A DNA stretch of 64,000 nucleotides from Spirochaetota bacterium (GTDB lineage: Bacteria; Spirochaetota; UBA6919; CBDBPB01), in NCBI GenBank assembly GCA_965208615.1, contig CBDBPB010000002.1, forward strand, positions 92,666 to 156,665, given 5' to 3'. Under the pieces are notes generated by a model. The model saw only the letters and a list, made by a program, of their open reading frames with translations. It was not told the origin of the DNA and made no database searches. Position 1 is the stretch's first letter. The number at the start of each line of letters is the position of its first letter. Shown piece by piece: positions 43,195-53,178 of this stretch. Both the position numbers and the translations under genes were made by a program.

Positions 43195-43369
43195 TAACTT
43201 CACTATTACTTTGTGGCTAACAGTTAATTAAGCATATCATTATTTTTTTATAAAATGTAGAATGTATAGCATAAATAGCATAACTAAACTTGCCTTAGTG
43301 TATTTTTCTGTTAGCTTTTATATGGGTTATGTGATCTTTGGATTTATATTTTATTAAAGGTTAGATTTT

Positions 43370-45785
43370 ATGAGTGGTGTTAGTTGTAGTCATTGTTTAT
43401 TACCTTTCCCAGAGAGGGATGCGGTTTATGCTAATGGGGATGATAAAAAGGTTTTTTGTTGTCATGGATGTTTAACTGTGTATGATATTATTAATAGTGA
43501 GGGGCTTAGTGATTTTTATGAAAAGAGGGATTGGGATAGTAATACTATTAAGTTTGACTTTAAGAAGGATATTGATATAAAGTCTTTTGTCCAATATGTT
43601 ATAGACAAAGGGGATAAAAAAGAGATAAACATATTTATTGAGGGTATACACTGTTCATCTTGTGTTTGGCTTAACGAAAAGATACTTACCAGGACTGATG
43701 GTATTGAGTATGCTATGGTTAACTATGCTAGTCATAGGGCGAAGATTATTTGGGATCCTAATATTATAGGGCTTAAGGCTATTTTAGATAGGATTATGTC
43801 CATAGGTTATGTACCAAAGGTTTATTCTGAGTCTGAGAAGATTAAGCTTCAGAAAGCCGAAAATAGGACTTTGTTGATAAGGTTGGGTACGGCTATTTTT
43901 CTATCCATGCAGCTTATGTTGTATAGTGTTGCGTTGTACGCTGGTTTTTTTCATGGTATTGATTATAGTTATAAGCTTACTTTTGAGTTAATAGCTTTAG
44001 TTATAACAACGCCAATATTGTTTTATTCTGGTATGCCGTTTATGAGGTCTACGGTAAGGGCGTTTAGGCGTTTAAGGTTTAATATGGACTCCCTTATTGT
44101 GATAGGTTCTGGTTCTGCATATTTGTATAGTATATATCAGATAACTGTGGGGGGAAAGGTATATTTTGACACATCTGCAATGATTATAACGTTAATCCTT
44201 GTTGGCAGGTATTTAGAGTCATTGGCTAAGGAGAGTGCGTCTAAGACAATAGAAAAGCTTATTAATCTTAGTCCAAAGGAAGCTAGACTTATTAGTGGTG
44301 ATAAACGGGATATGGTACTACTCACTTTCCTTAAGGTGGGGGATGTAGTTGAGGTTTTACCTGGTGAGAAAGTCCCTACTGATGGGGTTATAGTTAGTGG
44401 TGAGTCTGAGGTTAACGAGTCTATTATCACTGGGGAGTCTAAGCCTATACAGAAGGTCATTGGGGATAAGGTTATTGGTGGTACTATAAACATGTATGGG
44501 GTTATAAGGTTTGAGGTTAGCAGTGTTCTTGAGAATACAGTACTTTTTGGTATTATTAGGGCTGTTGAGGATGCTCAAGCACGAAAGCCTAAGATACAGT
44601 CTATTGCTGATCGTATAGTGGGAGTTTTTGTACCCTTTATATTAATTTTGTCGTTATCTACTATTATTACTTATATTGTGCTTGGTACTACTATTCACGA
44701 GGCATTACTTACGGGTATATCTATTTTAGTTATTGCATGTCCGTGTAGTTTGGGATTGGCCACTCCATTGGCTGTATTGGTATTTACTAACTCTGCGTCA
44801 TCAAGGGGTATACTTATTAAGGGTGGTGAGGTTATAGAGAATGTTAGTAGGCTTAGTCACATTGTTTTTGACAAGACTGGTACCATTACCTTAGGCAAGC
44901 CTAAACTAAAAGAGATCATATTATACGATGATAATATAAATCAGGATTATCTTTTATCTATTACGGCATCTATAGAGAGGTTATCCGAGCATAGTATTGC
45001 TCATGCTATTAATGACAGTGCTTTTGATGTTGATTTATTTGATGTGGATAGTTTTAAGGCTTTACCGGGTAGTGGGGTACGGGGTATTGTTAAAGGCAAG
45101 GAAGTTTTTATTGGTAATAGGGAGCTTATGGATGGCATAGGTATTAATAGTTCATACTTGGATAGGGATGATATTATACATAATTTTGAGTCTTGTGGTA
45201 ATACTGTTATATTTACGGCATGGGCTAATGTAGTTAGGGGAGCATTTATTATATCTGACGTTATTAGGGATGAGGCTAAGGCTGTTATTGATGATCTTAA
45301 GCTTAGATTTAATTTATCCATAGTCAGTGGGGATAATAGACTAACCACTACTGCTATTGCTAATGAGGTTGGTATAAAGAGTATTATATCTGAGGCTTCA
45401 CCTATTAAAAAAAGGGAGTTTATTCATAATTTACAGGCTGATAAACATAGGGTTATGATGGTTGGGGATGGGATTAATGATGCACCTGGATTAACTGAGT
45501 CGGCTGTTGGCATTGCAATGGGTCGGGGTACTGATATTGCTATGGACAGTGCTGATGCTGTATTAATTAGGGATAGTCTTTCAGTTATTCCTTATTTTAA
45601 TTAGGTTATCGTCATATACCTTTGGGATTATAAAGCAGAACATATTTTGGGCATTTTTTTATAATGTTATAGCCATACCTTTAGCGGTTATGAATATATT
45701 GCATCCAATAGTGGCAGCAGCCGCTATGGTGACCAGCTCATTATTTGTGGTATTCAATTCTCTTAGGATCAGGTTAAAGGATTAG
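43370..45785 (+). CDS. ccoI: P1B-type heavy-metal ATPase, CcoI/FixI-like, with apparent +1 shift in a T4 run near 45595
   Basis: Cys-rich N-terminus (CSHC...CCHGC), CPC motif (IACPCSLGLATP), phosphorylation site DKTGTIT. Conserved C-terminus IKQNIFWAFFYNVIAIPLAV...SSLFVVFNSLR continues in the next frame to 45785. Confidence 0.7.
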
Positions 45786-45805
45786 TTTTATTTTACGGAG
45801 GTTGT

Positions 45806-45946
45806 ATGTGGACAATATTTTATTTAATAGGGGTTTCGTTAGTACTTGGTATAGGTGTATGGTTATTTTTCATGTGGGCGGTTAAGAGTGGTCAGTTTGA
45901 GGATTCTGAGGATGCAAAGTATAGGATGCTTGATGATGATGATTGA
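45806..45946 (+). CDS. ccoS: cbb3 oxidase maturation protein CcoS/FixS (46 aa; not in the ORF track)
   Basis: MWTIFYLIGVSLVLGIGVWLFFMWAVKSGQFEDSEDAKYRMLDDDD; RBS ggagg 6 nt upstream; directly downstream of ccoI. Confidence 0.65.
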   Translation: MWTIFYLIGVSLVLGIGVWLFFMWAVKSGQFEDSEDAKYRMLDDDD

Positions 45947-46402
45947 CATTATATAAGTGGGTTTATAACTATTTATTAGAGTAGTTTTTATGAATGATAG
46001 TTTATTATTAGAACAGTAGGGTGCTGATGTTGTTATTGCAAGGGATAGTAAAGTGTTTATAGCTGATAAACTATCAAAAGTAAATAAAAGACAACTAAAT
46101 GAGCTTTTTGTTCTTTGAATTGAACTTCGTGGTAATAGCGGTTACAAGAGGTTTGGAGAGGTGCTTGACAAGCTTAGCATTCCATATAATAGTTTAGATA
46201 ATGGTCTTAATTCATTAGATAGTATATTTACTAAAGTTTTTTAAATAGTTGTTTTCTTTATTATATTGACCTTTTATATAGATATTACTATCTTTATTTT
46301 TCAATAAATAGTATTTGAAAATATATTCTTTATACTATATTTTATATATTATTATTCATTTGCATAATTTATTAACTGCATAAGGCAGGGGCGAGAGTAT
46401 TT

Positions 46403-48088
46403 ATGGAAAAGACAGGAGCACAGATTACCATAGACTTTTTAAAGCATCATAAGGTTGAGGTTATATTTGGTATACCGGGTGGAGCTACCTTACCTATTTA
46501 TGATGAGCTTTATAAGGCTGATATAAGGCATATTCTAACGAGGCATGAGCAGGGTGCAATACATGCGGCTGAGGGTTATGCTAAGGCAACTGGTAAGGTT
46601 GGAGTTTGTTTAGCAACATCAGGTCCAGGGGCTACTAATTTAGTTACTGGATTAGCTGATGCTAAAATGGATTCTGTTCCTATATTGGCTATTACTGGAC
46701 AGGTTGCAACGGGGTTTATAGGGACTGATGCCTTTCAGGAGGCTGATATTTATGGTATTAGCACTCCCATAACTAAGTATAACAAGTTGGTTAAGGATGT
46801 GGATGAGTTGGCATCCACTTTAGAAGAGGCATATTTTATAGCTGGTTCGAGGCGTCCAGGTCCTGTTTTGGTAGATATTCCAAAGGATATTCAAATTGCA
46901 AAGACCAGGAAGGTTAAGTATGTTAATGCTTTACCATTTGTTATACGTGAGCGTTATGAGAATATTGAGCCTGTGGGTAATTTTAAGGCTCTTGCTACGG
47001 CGATTAATGAGGCTAAGAGGCCTCTTATTTATGTTGGTGGTGGTGGGGTAATATCTGGTGCTGATAAAGAGATTATTGCTTTGGCTGAGAAAGCTAACAT
47101 ACCAGTTACTACAACCTTAAAGGGTTTGGGTGCTTTTCCTAGTGCACATAAACTGTATCTTGGTATGCTTGGTATGCATGGTACAAGGGCCGCTAATAAT
47201 GCTGTATGTCAGTGTGATTTATTAATTGCTTTAGGGGCTAGGTTTGATGATAGGGTTACTGGTAAGTTGGATGCATTTGCTAGGCAGGCTAAAATTATTC
47301 ATATTGATATTGACAAGGCTGAGTTAGGTAAGCTTATTACCCCTACTTACTCTATTGTAGGGGATCTTAAAAAGGCATTATATATTATTCTTCCTTATAT
47401 TGATCTTAAGGATAGGGCTGAATGGGTTGCTCAGACTTATAAGTGGAAGAGTGATTATCCTCTAACCTATGACAGAGAGGATAAGGATAATATAAAGCCT
47501 CAGTATTTTTTAGAGGAGCTTAGTGAGACTATAAAGGCTGATAACTTTATTATATCAACGGATGTTGGACAGCATCAGATGTGGTCAGCACAGTTTATTC
47601 AGTTTTCCAATACCAGGACTTTTTTAACATCAGGTGGATTGGGTACAATGGGTTATGGGTTTCCAGCGGCTATGGGTGCAAAAGTGGGTTGTCCTGACTC
47701 TAATGTTATTCTTATTGCTGGAGATGGTAGTATTCAGATGAACATTCAGGAATTAGCCACAGTAGCTAGCGAGAATATAGCTGTAAAAATAGTTATTTTG
47801 AATAATGGTGTTTTAGGCATGGTTCATCAGTGGCAGGATATGTTTTTTGAAAAGCGTTATTCTCATTCGGAGTTTAAGGGTATACCTGATTTTGTTAAGC
47901 TTGCTGAAGCTTATGGTTTAAATGCTAAGCGTATAACTAATAAGAGTGAGGTTAAAGAGGGCATTGACTTTCTTTTAAACTCTGAGAAAACGGTTATATT
48001 GGATGTAATTATACCTTCTAATGAGATGGTTTTTCCTATGGTACCTGTTGGAGCCTCTTTACACGAAATGATTGATTATCAGGAGTAG
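46403..48088 (+). CDS. ilvB: Acetolactate synthase large subunit
   Basis: TPP-enzyme family architecture; N-terminal GIPGGATLPIYDEL; followed by ilvN. Confidence 0.85.
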   Translation: MEKTGAQITIDFLKHHKVEVIFGIPGGATLPIYDELYKADIRHILTRHEQGAIHAAEGYAKATGKVGVCLATSGPGATNLVTGLADAKMDSVPILAITGQVATGFIGTDAFQEADIYGISTPITKYNKLVKDVDELASTLEEAYFIAGSRRPGPVLVDIPKDIQIAKTRKVKYVNALPFVIRERYENIEPVGNFKALATAINEAKRPLIYVGGGGVISGADKEIIALAEKANIPVTTTLKGLGAFPSAHKLYLGMLGMHGTRAANNAVCQCDLLIALGARFDDRVTGKLDAFARQAKIIHIDIDKAELGKLITPTYSIVGDLKKALYIILPYIDLKDRAEWVAQTYKWKSDYPLTYDREDKDNIKPQYFLEELSETIKADNFIISTDVGQHQMWSAQFIQFSNTRTFLTSGGLGTMGYGFPAAMGAKVGCPDSNVILIAGDGSIQMNIQELATVASENIAVKIVILNNGVLGMVHQWQDMFFEKRYSHSEFKGIPDFVKLAEAYGLNAKRITNKSEVKEGIDFLLNSEKTVILDVIIPSNEMVFPMVPVGASLHEMIDYQE

Positions 48089-48094
48089 AATATA

Positions 48095-48586
48095 ATGAAA
48101 CACACTATATTATTGAGGGTTTTAAATAGTGCTGGGGTAATGTCTCATGTAGTTGGTTTATTTGCAAGACGTGGATATAATATTGATAGTATTGCTGTTG
48201 GAGTATGTGATGACCCTAGTGAAAGTGTTATTACCTTTGTAGTGGATGATAAGGGTAGTTATGATATAATAAAGCAGGTTGATAGTCAACTTCAGAAGTT
48301 ACCTGGGGTAATAAGTGTTAGGGACTTTTTATATAATGAGTCTGTTAATCGTGAATTAGCACTTATACTTGTTAGGTTTAAGAACAAAGAGGAGCAGTTA
48401 GAGGCTCTTGAGATTGTAAATGCTTTTGGGGCTAATGTTGAGGATATGACTGAGGATACTCTTTTAATAGACATAGCTAGTTTGAGTAGAAAGGTACGTG
48501 CACTTATTGGCATATTGTCTAAGAAGTTTGAGATTATAGAGATGGCAAGAACGGGTGAGATTGCTCTTCCATATCAGACTGGATAG
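48095..48586 (+). CDS. ilvN: Acetolactate synthase small (regulatory) subunit
   Basis: ACT-domain N-terminus (HTILLRVLNSAGVMSHVVGLFARRGYNIDSI). Confidence 0.8.
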   Translation: MKHTILLRVLNSAGVMSHVVGLFARRGYNIDSIAVGVCDDPSESVITFVVDDKGSYDIIKQVDSQLQKLPGVISVRDFLYNESVNRELALILVRFKNKEEQLEALEIVNAFGANVEDMTEDTLLIDIASLSRKVRALIGILSKKFEIIEMARTGEIALPYQTG

Positions 48587-48587
48587 A

Positions 48588-48992
48588 TTATTTAATTCCT
48601 TTTAAGTGTAAGAATGATATATATTGTTTATCTACTACTTTTATATGGTTTAGTAGCCAATCTATTAAGAACCTTCCGATTTGTGGTATTAGGAATTTGT
48701 TATCTCCGTTATTAAGTTTACTTTTAAAGTCTTTTATTTTGTTTTTAAAGGTATTATGGATTTCTTTATGCTCGTCAAATTCGGGATAGTTATTTTCAGA
48801 TAATAGATTTTCTTCGTACGCAAGGTGATAATCCATATAATTAAATAAGGAGTCTATTATATTTTTTATTTTACTATTATTATGTCTACTTATTAGTAAT
48901 TCATTAATTAACTCTACTAGTTTTTTATGTTGCTTATCAATTTCTTTTATATCGATGTTATAACTTTTATCCCAATCGATTACTAGTTTCAT
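48588..48992 (-). CDS. Hemerythrin-like metal-binding protein
   Basis: Spacing of His/Glu ligands typical of bacteriohemerythrin (IDxQHKxL...H...EE...H). Confidence 0.6.
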   Translation of the reverse strand: MKLVIDWDKSYNIDIKEIDKQHKKLVELINELLISRHNNSKIKNIIDSLFNYMDYHLAYEENLLSENNYPEFDEHKEIHNTFKNKIKDFKSKLNNGDNKFLIPQIGRFLIDWLLNHIKVVDKQYISFLHLKGIK

Positions 48993-49404
48993 TTATTAGT
49001 TGCCCTCCTTTTGCGGTTTAAAACTGAACTTAGTATTATATTGAGTTTTTAAAATTATAATTTTGTTTTTGTATTAGGAAATACAATATAATAACTAAAA
49101 AAAGTAAATCAATATGATCATTGTTATTTTATAAAATATTTGTTAGTCAATCTATTTTTTTATTAAATGTTATAGATATTAAAACGTTTACATAATATTT
49201 ACATCTACCACCCAATAACTAAATCATTAACCAATACTAACTCTGAATTGTTAAATTATCCTAAAACATTTTTTATTATATTTATCCGCAATCTTGTTAA
49301 AAAAAGTGTTAATTAAAATATAGTAAAAATGCTTTAATTAATAACTATATCCACTTGTTTACTAAACCAATTTATAACTATAAAATAACTAAAGGCTATC
49401 AACA

Positions 49405-51021
49405 ATGAAAAGTAAAATAATTGCTTTAAAATTAACTATACTACTTATTATGGGATGTAGTGATACTAAACATTCTCCAACATATTATTCTCCTAAAAAA
49501 AAAGATAGTAGTGCCTTATTTAGTAATAGATATTCTGAAAAAAAAGCATACCTCAATGAAAAAAGAGTCTTGCCCCCTGAGCTAAAGGATAGAGAAAAAT
49601 ATGAGTATTACGGCGAGAACCCCAGAACCAGTCCACTGATTAATCCTGTTAGCACTTTCAGCATTGACGTGGATACTGCTAGCTATACAAATGCAAGAAG
49701 ATATATTAATAGAATGAATAAACTACCTCCAAAGTCGTCTATCAGAGTGGAAGAGTTCATAAACTATTTTGACTATAATTATCCTCTACCAAAAAGTAAT
49801 AATCCCTTTTCGATTAACTTTGAACTTGCTCAGTCCCCCTTTGACAACAATAGACTATTACTGCATATAGGCCTTAAGGGCAAGGAAATACCATTCGAAA
49901 AAAGACCTGCATCTAATTTGGTATTTCTTCTGGATGTATCTGGATCTATGAACTCAGAGTTTAAGCTGGGACTGCTTAAAAAAGCACTTATTATGCTTAC
50001 TGATCAGATGACTGAAAAAGATAAAGTTAGTATTGTTGTATACGCTGGTTCATCCGGAGTTGTTCTACTACCCACTAATGGTAATAAAAAAGCTGAAATT
50101 AAAAATGCTCTTAATAGGCTAAGTGCTGGTGGTAGTACTGCTGGATCAGAGGGTATTCAGTTGGCGTATAAAATGGCTGAAAGGGCTTATATAAAAAACG
50201 GCATTAATCGTGTTATCCTTGCCACTGATGGGGATTTTAACGTTGGTATAACAGATCACAAGGAACTTATTACTCTTATTGAAAATAAAAGAAAATCTGG
50301 GATAGCCTTAACTGTTTTGGGTTTTGGTATGTGGAACCTTAATGATAGAACTATGGAACAGCTAGCTAATAAGGGTAATGGTAACTATTTCTATATTGAT
50401 AGCTCAAACGAAGCAAAAAAAGTATTGGTTAATGAATTAGGCTCTACCCTTCAGATTATTGCTAAGGACGTTAAAGTTCAGATCGAGTTTAATCCTAAGT
50501 ATATATCCTCTTATAGGCTTATTGGATATGAAAATAGAAAGCTATCCAAAGAGCAGTTTGACGATGACACCGTTGATGCTGGGGATATTGGTGCAGGACA
50601 TAGTATAACAGCTATTTATGAGCTTACTATGACCAGTAGAGCTAAGGATCAGATGAATCTACGCTATGGTGAGGAGCATAGCACTATTAAAAAAGGTATT
50701 AAAAAAACTAATACCACCTTTAAAGATGAAATTGCCTTTTTTAAACTTAGGTATAAGCCTGATAACGGCAAGGTTAGCAAGTTGATTACAAAACCTTTGT
50801 TAAAAAGTGATCTTATTACTAATAAGCCCAGTAATAATTTTATTTTCTCAGCGTCTGTGGCATACTTTGCTCAAAAGCTTAGGGAGAGCAAGTATTCTAA
50901 GGGTATAGGTTATAATAAGATTCTTAATATGATGGCTAGTAGTAAAGGTGAGGATAAATGGGGATATAGACAAGAATGCGAAAACCTTATTAGAAAAGCA
51001 AAGACTATATCAAAGGGATAA
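49405..51021 (+). CDS. VWA-domain lipoprotein (YfbK-like)
   Basis: Lipobox IMGC; MIDAS motif LLDVSGSMN with downstream SAGGSTAGSEG and ATDGDFNVG. Confidence 0.65.
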   Translation: MKSKIIALKLTILLIMGCSDTKHSPTYYSPKKKDSSALFSNRYSEKKAYLNEKRVLPPELKDREKYEYYGENPRTSPLINPVSTFSIDVDTASYTNARRYINRMNKLPPKSSIRVEEFINYFDYNYPLPKSNNPFSINFELAQSPFDNNRLLLHIGLKGKEIPFEKRPASNLVFLLDVSGSMNSEFKLGLLKKALIMLTDQMTEKDKVSIVVYAGSSGVVLLPTNGNKKAEIKNALNRLSAGGSTAGSEGIQLAYKMAERAYIKNGINRVILATDGDFNVGITDHKELITLIENKRKSGIALTVLGFGMWNLNDRTMEQLANKGNGNYFYIDSSNEAKKVLVNELGSTLQIIAKDVKVQIEFNPKYISSYRLIGYENRKLSKEQFDDDTVDAGDIGAGHSITAIYELTMTSRAKDQMNLRYGEEHSTIKKGIKKTNTTFKDEIAFFKLRYKPDNGKVSKLITKPLLKSDLITNKPSNNFIFSASVAYFAQKLRESKYSKGIGYNKILNMMASSKGEDKWGYRQECENLIRKAKTISKG

Positions 51022-51026
51022 TTAAC

Positions 51027-52094
51027 CTATCTTATAAATCCTTTAGTTTTGTTAAACTCTTTTATAAACATGGATATTCCTTTTGCTATACCTGATGCAC
51101 TATTATTTTGGTAGGTTCTAGTTTTTATATATTTAGCTTCTTTTTTATTTGATAAAAATCCTACCTCTACTAGGATAGAAGGAAGATTATTATAGGTGAT
51201 AACAAAAAAAGGTTTACGAGCCTTAATACCGCGATTAATAGTATACCTTTTTACTTTTTTATATAGCTCATTATTAACAAGCTCTGCTAATCTGTATGAT
51301 TCTTTACTAATTTCCAGATTATACATTTGAGTAATGATACTCCTAGCTTCTTTGTTATAGGAAAGAGGTTTTACTAGTTTTGTTATATAAGTTATCCTGT
51401 CTTTTCTCTTATCATTAACTTTGGAAGAATAAAAAAAGGTCTCAATACCGTAGCTATCCTTATTCAGTGAGGCATTGGCGTGTATGCTTACGAATAAACC
51501 ATGGTTATTTGACTTAGTAAGTTTAATTGCCATAAGGTTTCTTTTCTCTAAGGACAAAAATCTATCATCTTGTCTGGTAAGGATTATTGGTATATTTGGA
51601 TTAGAACGTTGTAAAAGCTTTTTTACCCTTTTTGCTATGGATAAATTTATATGTTTTTCTTTTATACCGTTATTAATGTTACCTGGGTCTTTACCGCCGT
51701 GTCCTGGATCAATTAGTATAAACTTGATTTTAGTATTTTTATCTTTTGCTTTATAAGCCGGATTAGCATATTTAGTTTTTAGAGACTTTAACCTATGAAT
51801 AAACATCTTAGGTAGTATTATTCGTCCATTTTTAGTGGTAATGGGGTAGTCTAATAGCCATATTTGTTGTTTTCCATTTAGACCTTTCACAATGGTGGAT
51901 CTTGAGTTTAAAAGAAAGTGTATTTTGTATAAGTTATTTTTTAGGATAAAGCTTTCTTTTTGGATGTTAATTTCTAGTTTAAATCTGTTTTTTTTCAAAA
52001 AAGCTTTTAGGTATATATAACTGCTATTTTTGCCTTGTACTACATTTACCAGTAATAAAGTAATAATGATTAAGGTTATCTTTTTTAGAACCAA
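51027..52094 (-). CDS. N-acetylmuramoyl-L-alanine amidase (Amidase_3 family)
   Basis: Catalytic-domain motif ILIDPGHGGKDPGN; signal peptide. Confidence 0.7.
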   Translation of the reverse strand: MVLKKITLIIITLLLVNVVQGKNSSYIYLKAFLKKNRFKLEINIQKESFILKNNLYKIHFLLNSRSTIVKGLNGKQQIWLLDYPITTKNGRIILPKMFIHRLKSLKTKYANPAYKAKDKNTKIKFILIDPGHGGKDPGNINNGIKEKHINLSIAKRVKKLLQRSNPNIPIILTRQDDRFLSLEKRNLMAIKLTKSNNHGLFVSIHANASLNKDSYGIETFFYSSKVNDKRKDRITYITKLVKPLSYNKEARSIITQMYNLEISKESYRLAELVNNELYKKVKRYTINRGIKARKPFFVITYNNLPSILVEVGFLSNKKEAKYIKTRTYQNNSASGIAKGISMFIKEFNKTKGFIR

Positions 52095-52225
52095 TTATAA
52101 TTCCCCTTATAAAATAAGGGATCGGGATTTTATCTTGTTAGTTTAAGGCGTGAAGGATATTTTAACTTAAATATATAAAACTATAGCTTAATATTAAAAG
52201 ATATTGCTAGCTTTATACTTATACA

Positions 52226-52807
52226 TTAATCATGGCTATACATTCTTTGTTCTTTATCTATTTTTGGTAGTCTTAATAGTTGTTTTTCTATTGGTTTTTT
52301 TAACTCAGCTTCTATATACTTAGCACGATCGGCAATAGTGGGAGGATCTTTATCAATACCCCTTAGGAACTTCCATAGCCATCCTGGCCCTTCACTAATT
52401 TCTGGATTTAATTTTATAGCTTTCTTATAATCTGCTACTGCGAGTTTGTATTCACCCATATAGTCGTTTACTATACCCCTATTGGCATAGGCGCCAGCAA
52501 ACTCACTATCAATATCTATAGCCTTATCTATGTTCTTAAGAGCCATATCAAGCTTATTTAACTTTAGATAAGCTATACCTAAACCAAGATAGGCATTAGG
52601 ATGTTTAGGATTAACTTTAATAGCTTCTTTAAACTCGTCTATTGCCTCGTTAAAATTACCATCTTCTAAACGATGATTACCAGATTTAACATGATAATCT
52701 CCTGGTGTATCGTCTCTGTTAACGTAAAAATAAGCCACAATTCCAATACCAATTAATATAATAACAGCTAATATACCGCTATATGAACTTTTACCAAAAC
52801 CAGTCAT
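52226..52807 (-). CDS. TPR-repeat protein with N-terminal membrane anchor
   Basis: Three or more TPR-like units (AYLGLGIAYLKLNKLDMALKNIDKAIDID...). Confidence 0.6.
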   Translation of the reverse strand: MTGFGKSSYSGILAVIILIGIGIVAYFYVNRDDTPGDYHVKSGNHRLEDGNFNEAIDEFKEAIKVNPKHPNAYLGLGIAYLKLNKLDMALKNIDKAIDIDSEFAGAYANRGIVNDYMGEYKLAVADYKKAIKLNPEISEGPGWLWKFLRGIDKDPPTIADRAKYIEAELKKPIEKQLLRLPKIDKEQRMYSHD

Positions 52808-53053
52808 TTAGTTTGAACCTCCAAAGGTTTTATAAATTATTACTCGGGTAAATAAAAAAGCAAATGTCATTGATATAATAGCAGCAAAATATAAAGCTCT
52901 TTTTGTTACTTTTTCTAATTCTTCCTTAGATATTGCCCTATTATTCTTCTTCTGAAACCGGTTTATGCCCATATTAGTTATAAGCTTTCTAATAGGAAAA
53001 AATAATGCAGTGCCTAATAAAATAGACGAAATTGTGTACCATGCTGTTAGCAA
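52808..53053 (-). CDS. Small two-helix membrane protein (81 aa)
   Basis: ORF abutting the TPR gene start, downstream of the SSS transporter. Confidence 0.4.
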   Translation of the reverse strand: MLTAWYTISSILLGTALFFPIRKLITNMGINRFQKKNNRAISKEELEKVTKRALYFAAIISMTFAFLFTRVIIYKTFGGSN

Positions 53054-53178
53054 TGAAATCTCCTTTAGTTTTATTATTTGTAATAAGTATAATAAAAGAT
53101 TTAATATTAAGAAGTGAAAGTGTAAGGTAATAAAAATGTTTAGATAAGAGGGGCTAAGCCCCTCTTAATTATAGTTTA

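Noticed and set aside
52807-52810. Possible fusion of the 81-aa membrane protein and the TPR protein
   Set aside because: Stop and start codons abut in the same orientation with no frame shift needed; both begin with their own hydrophobic segment, so they are read as two genes.
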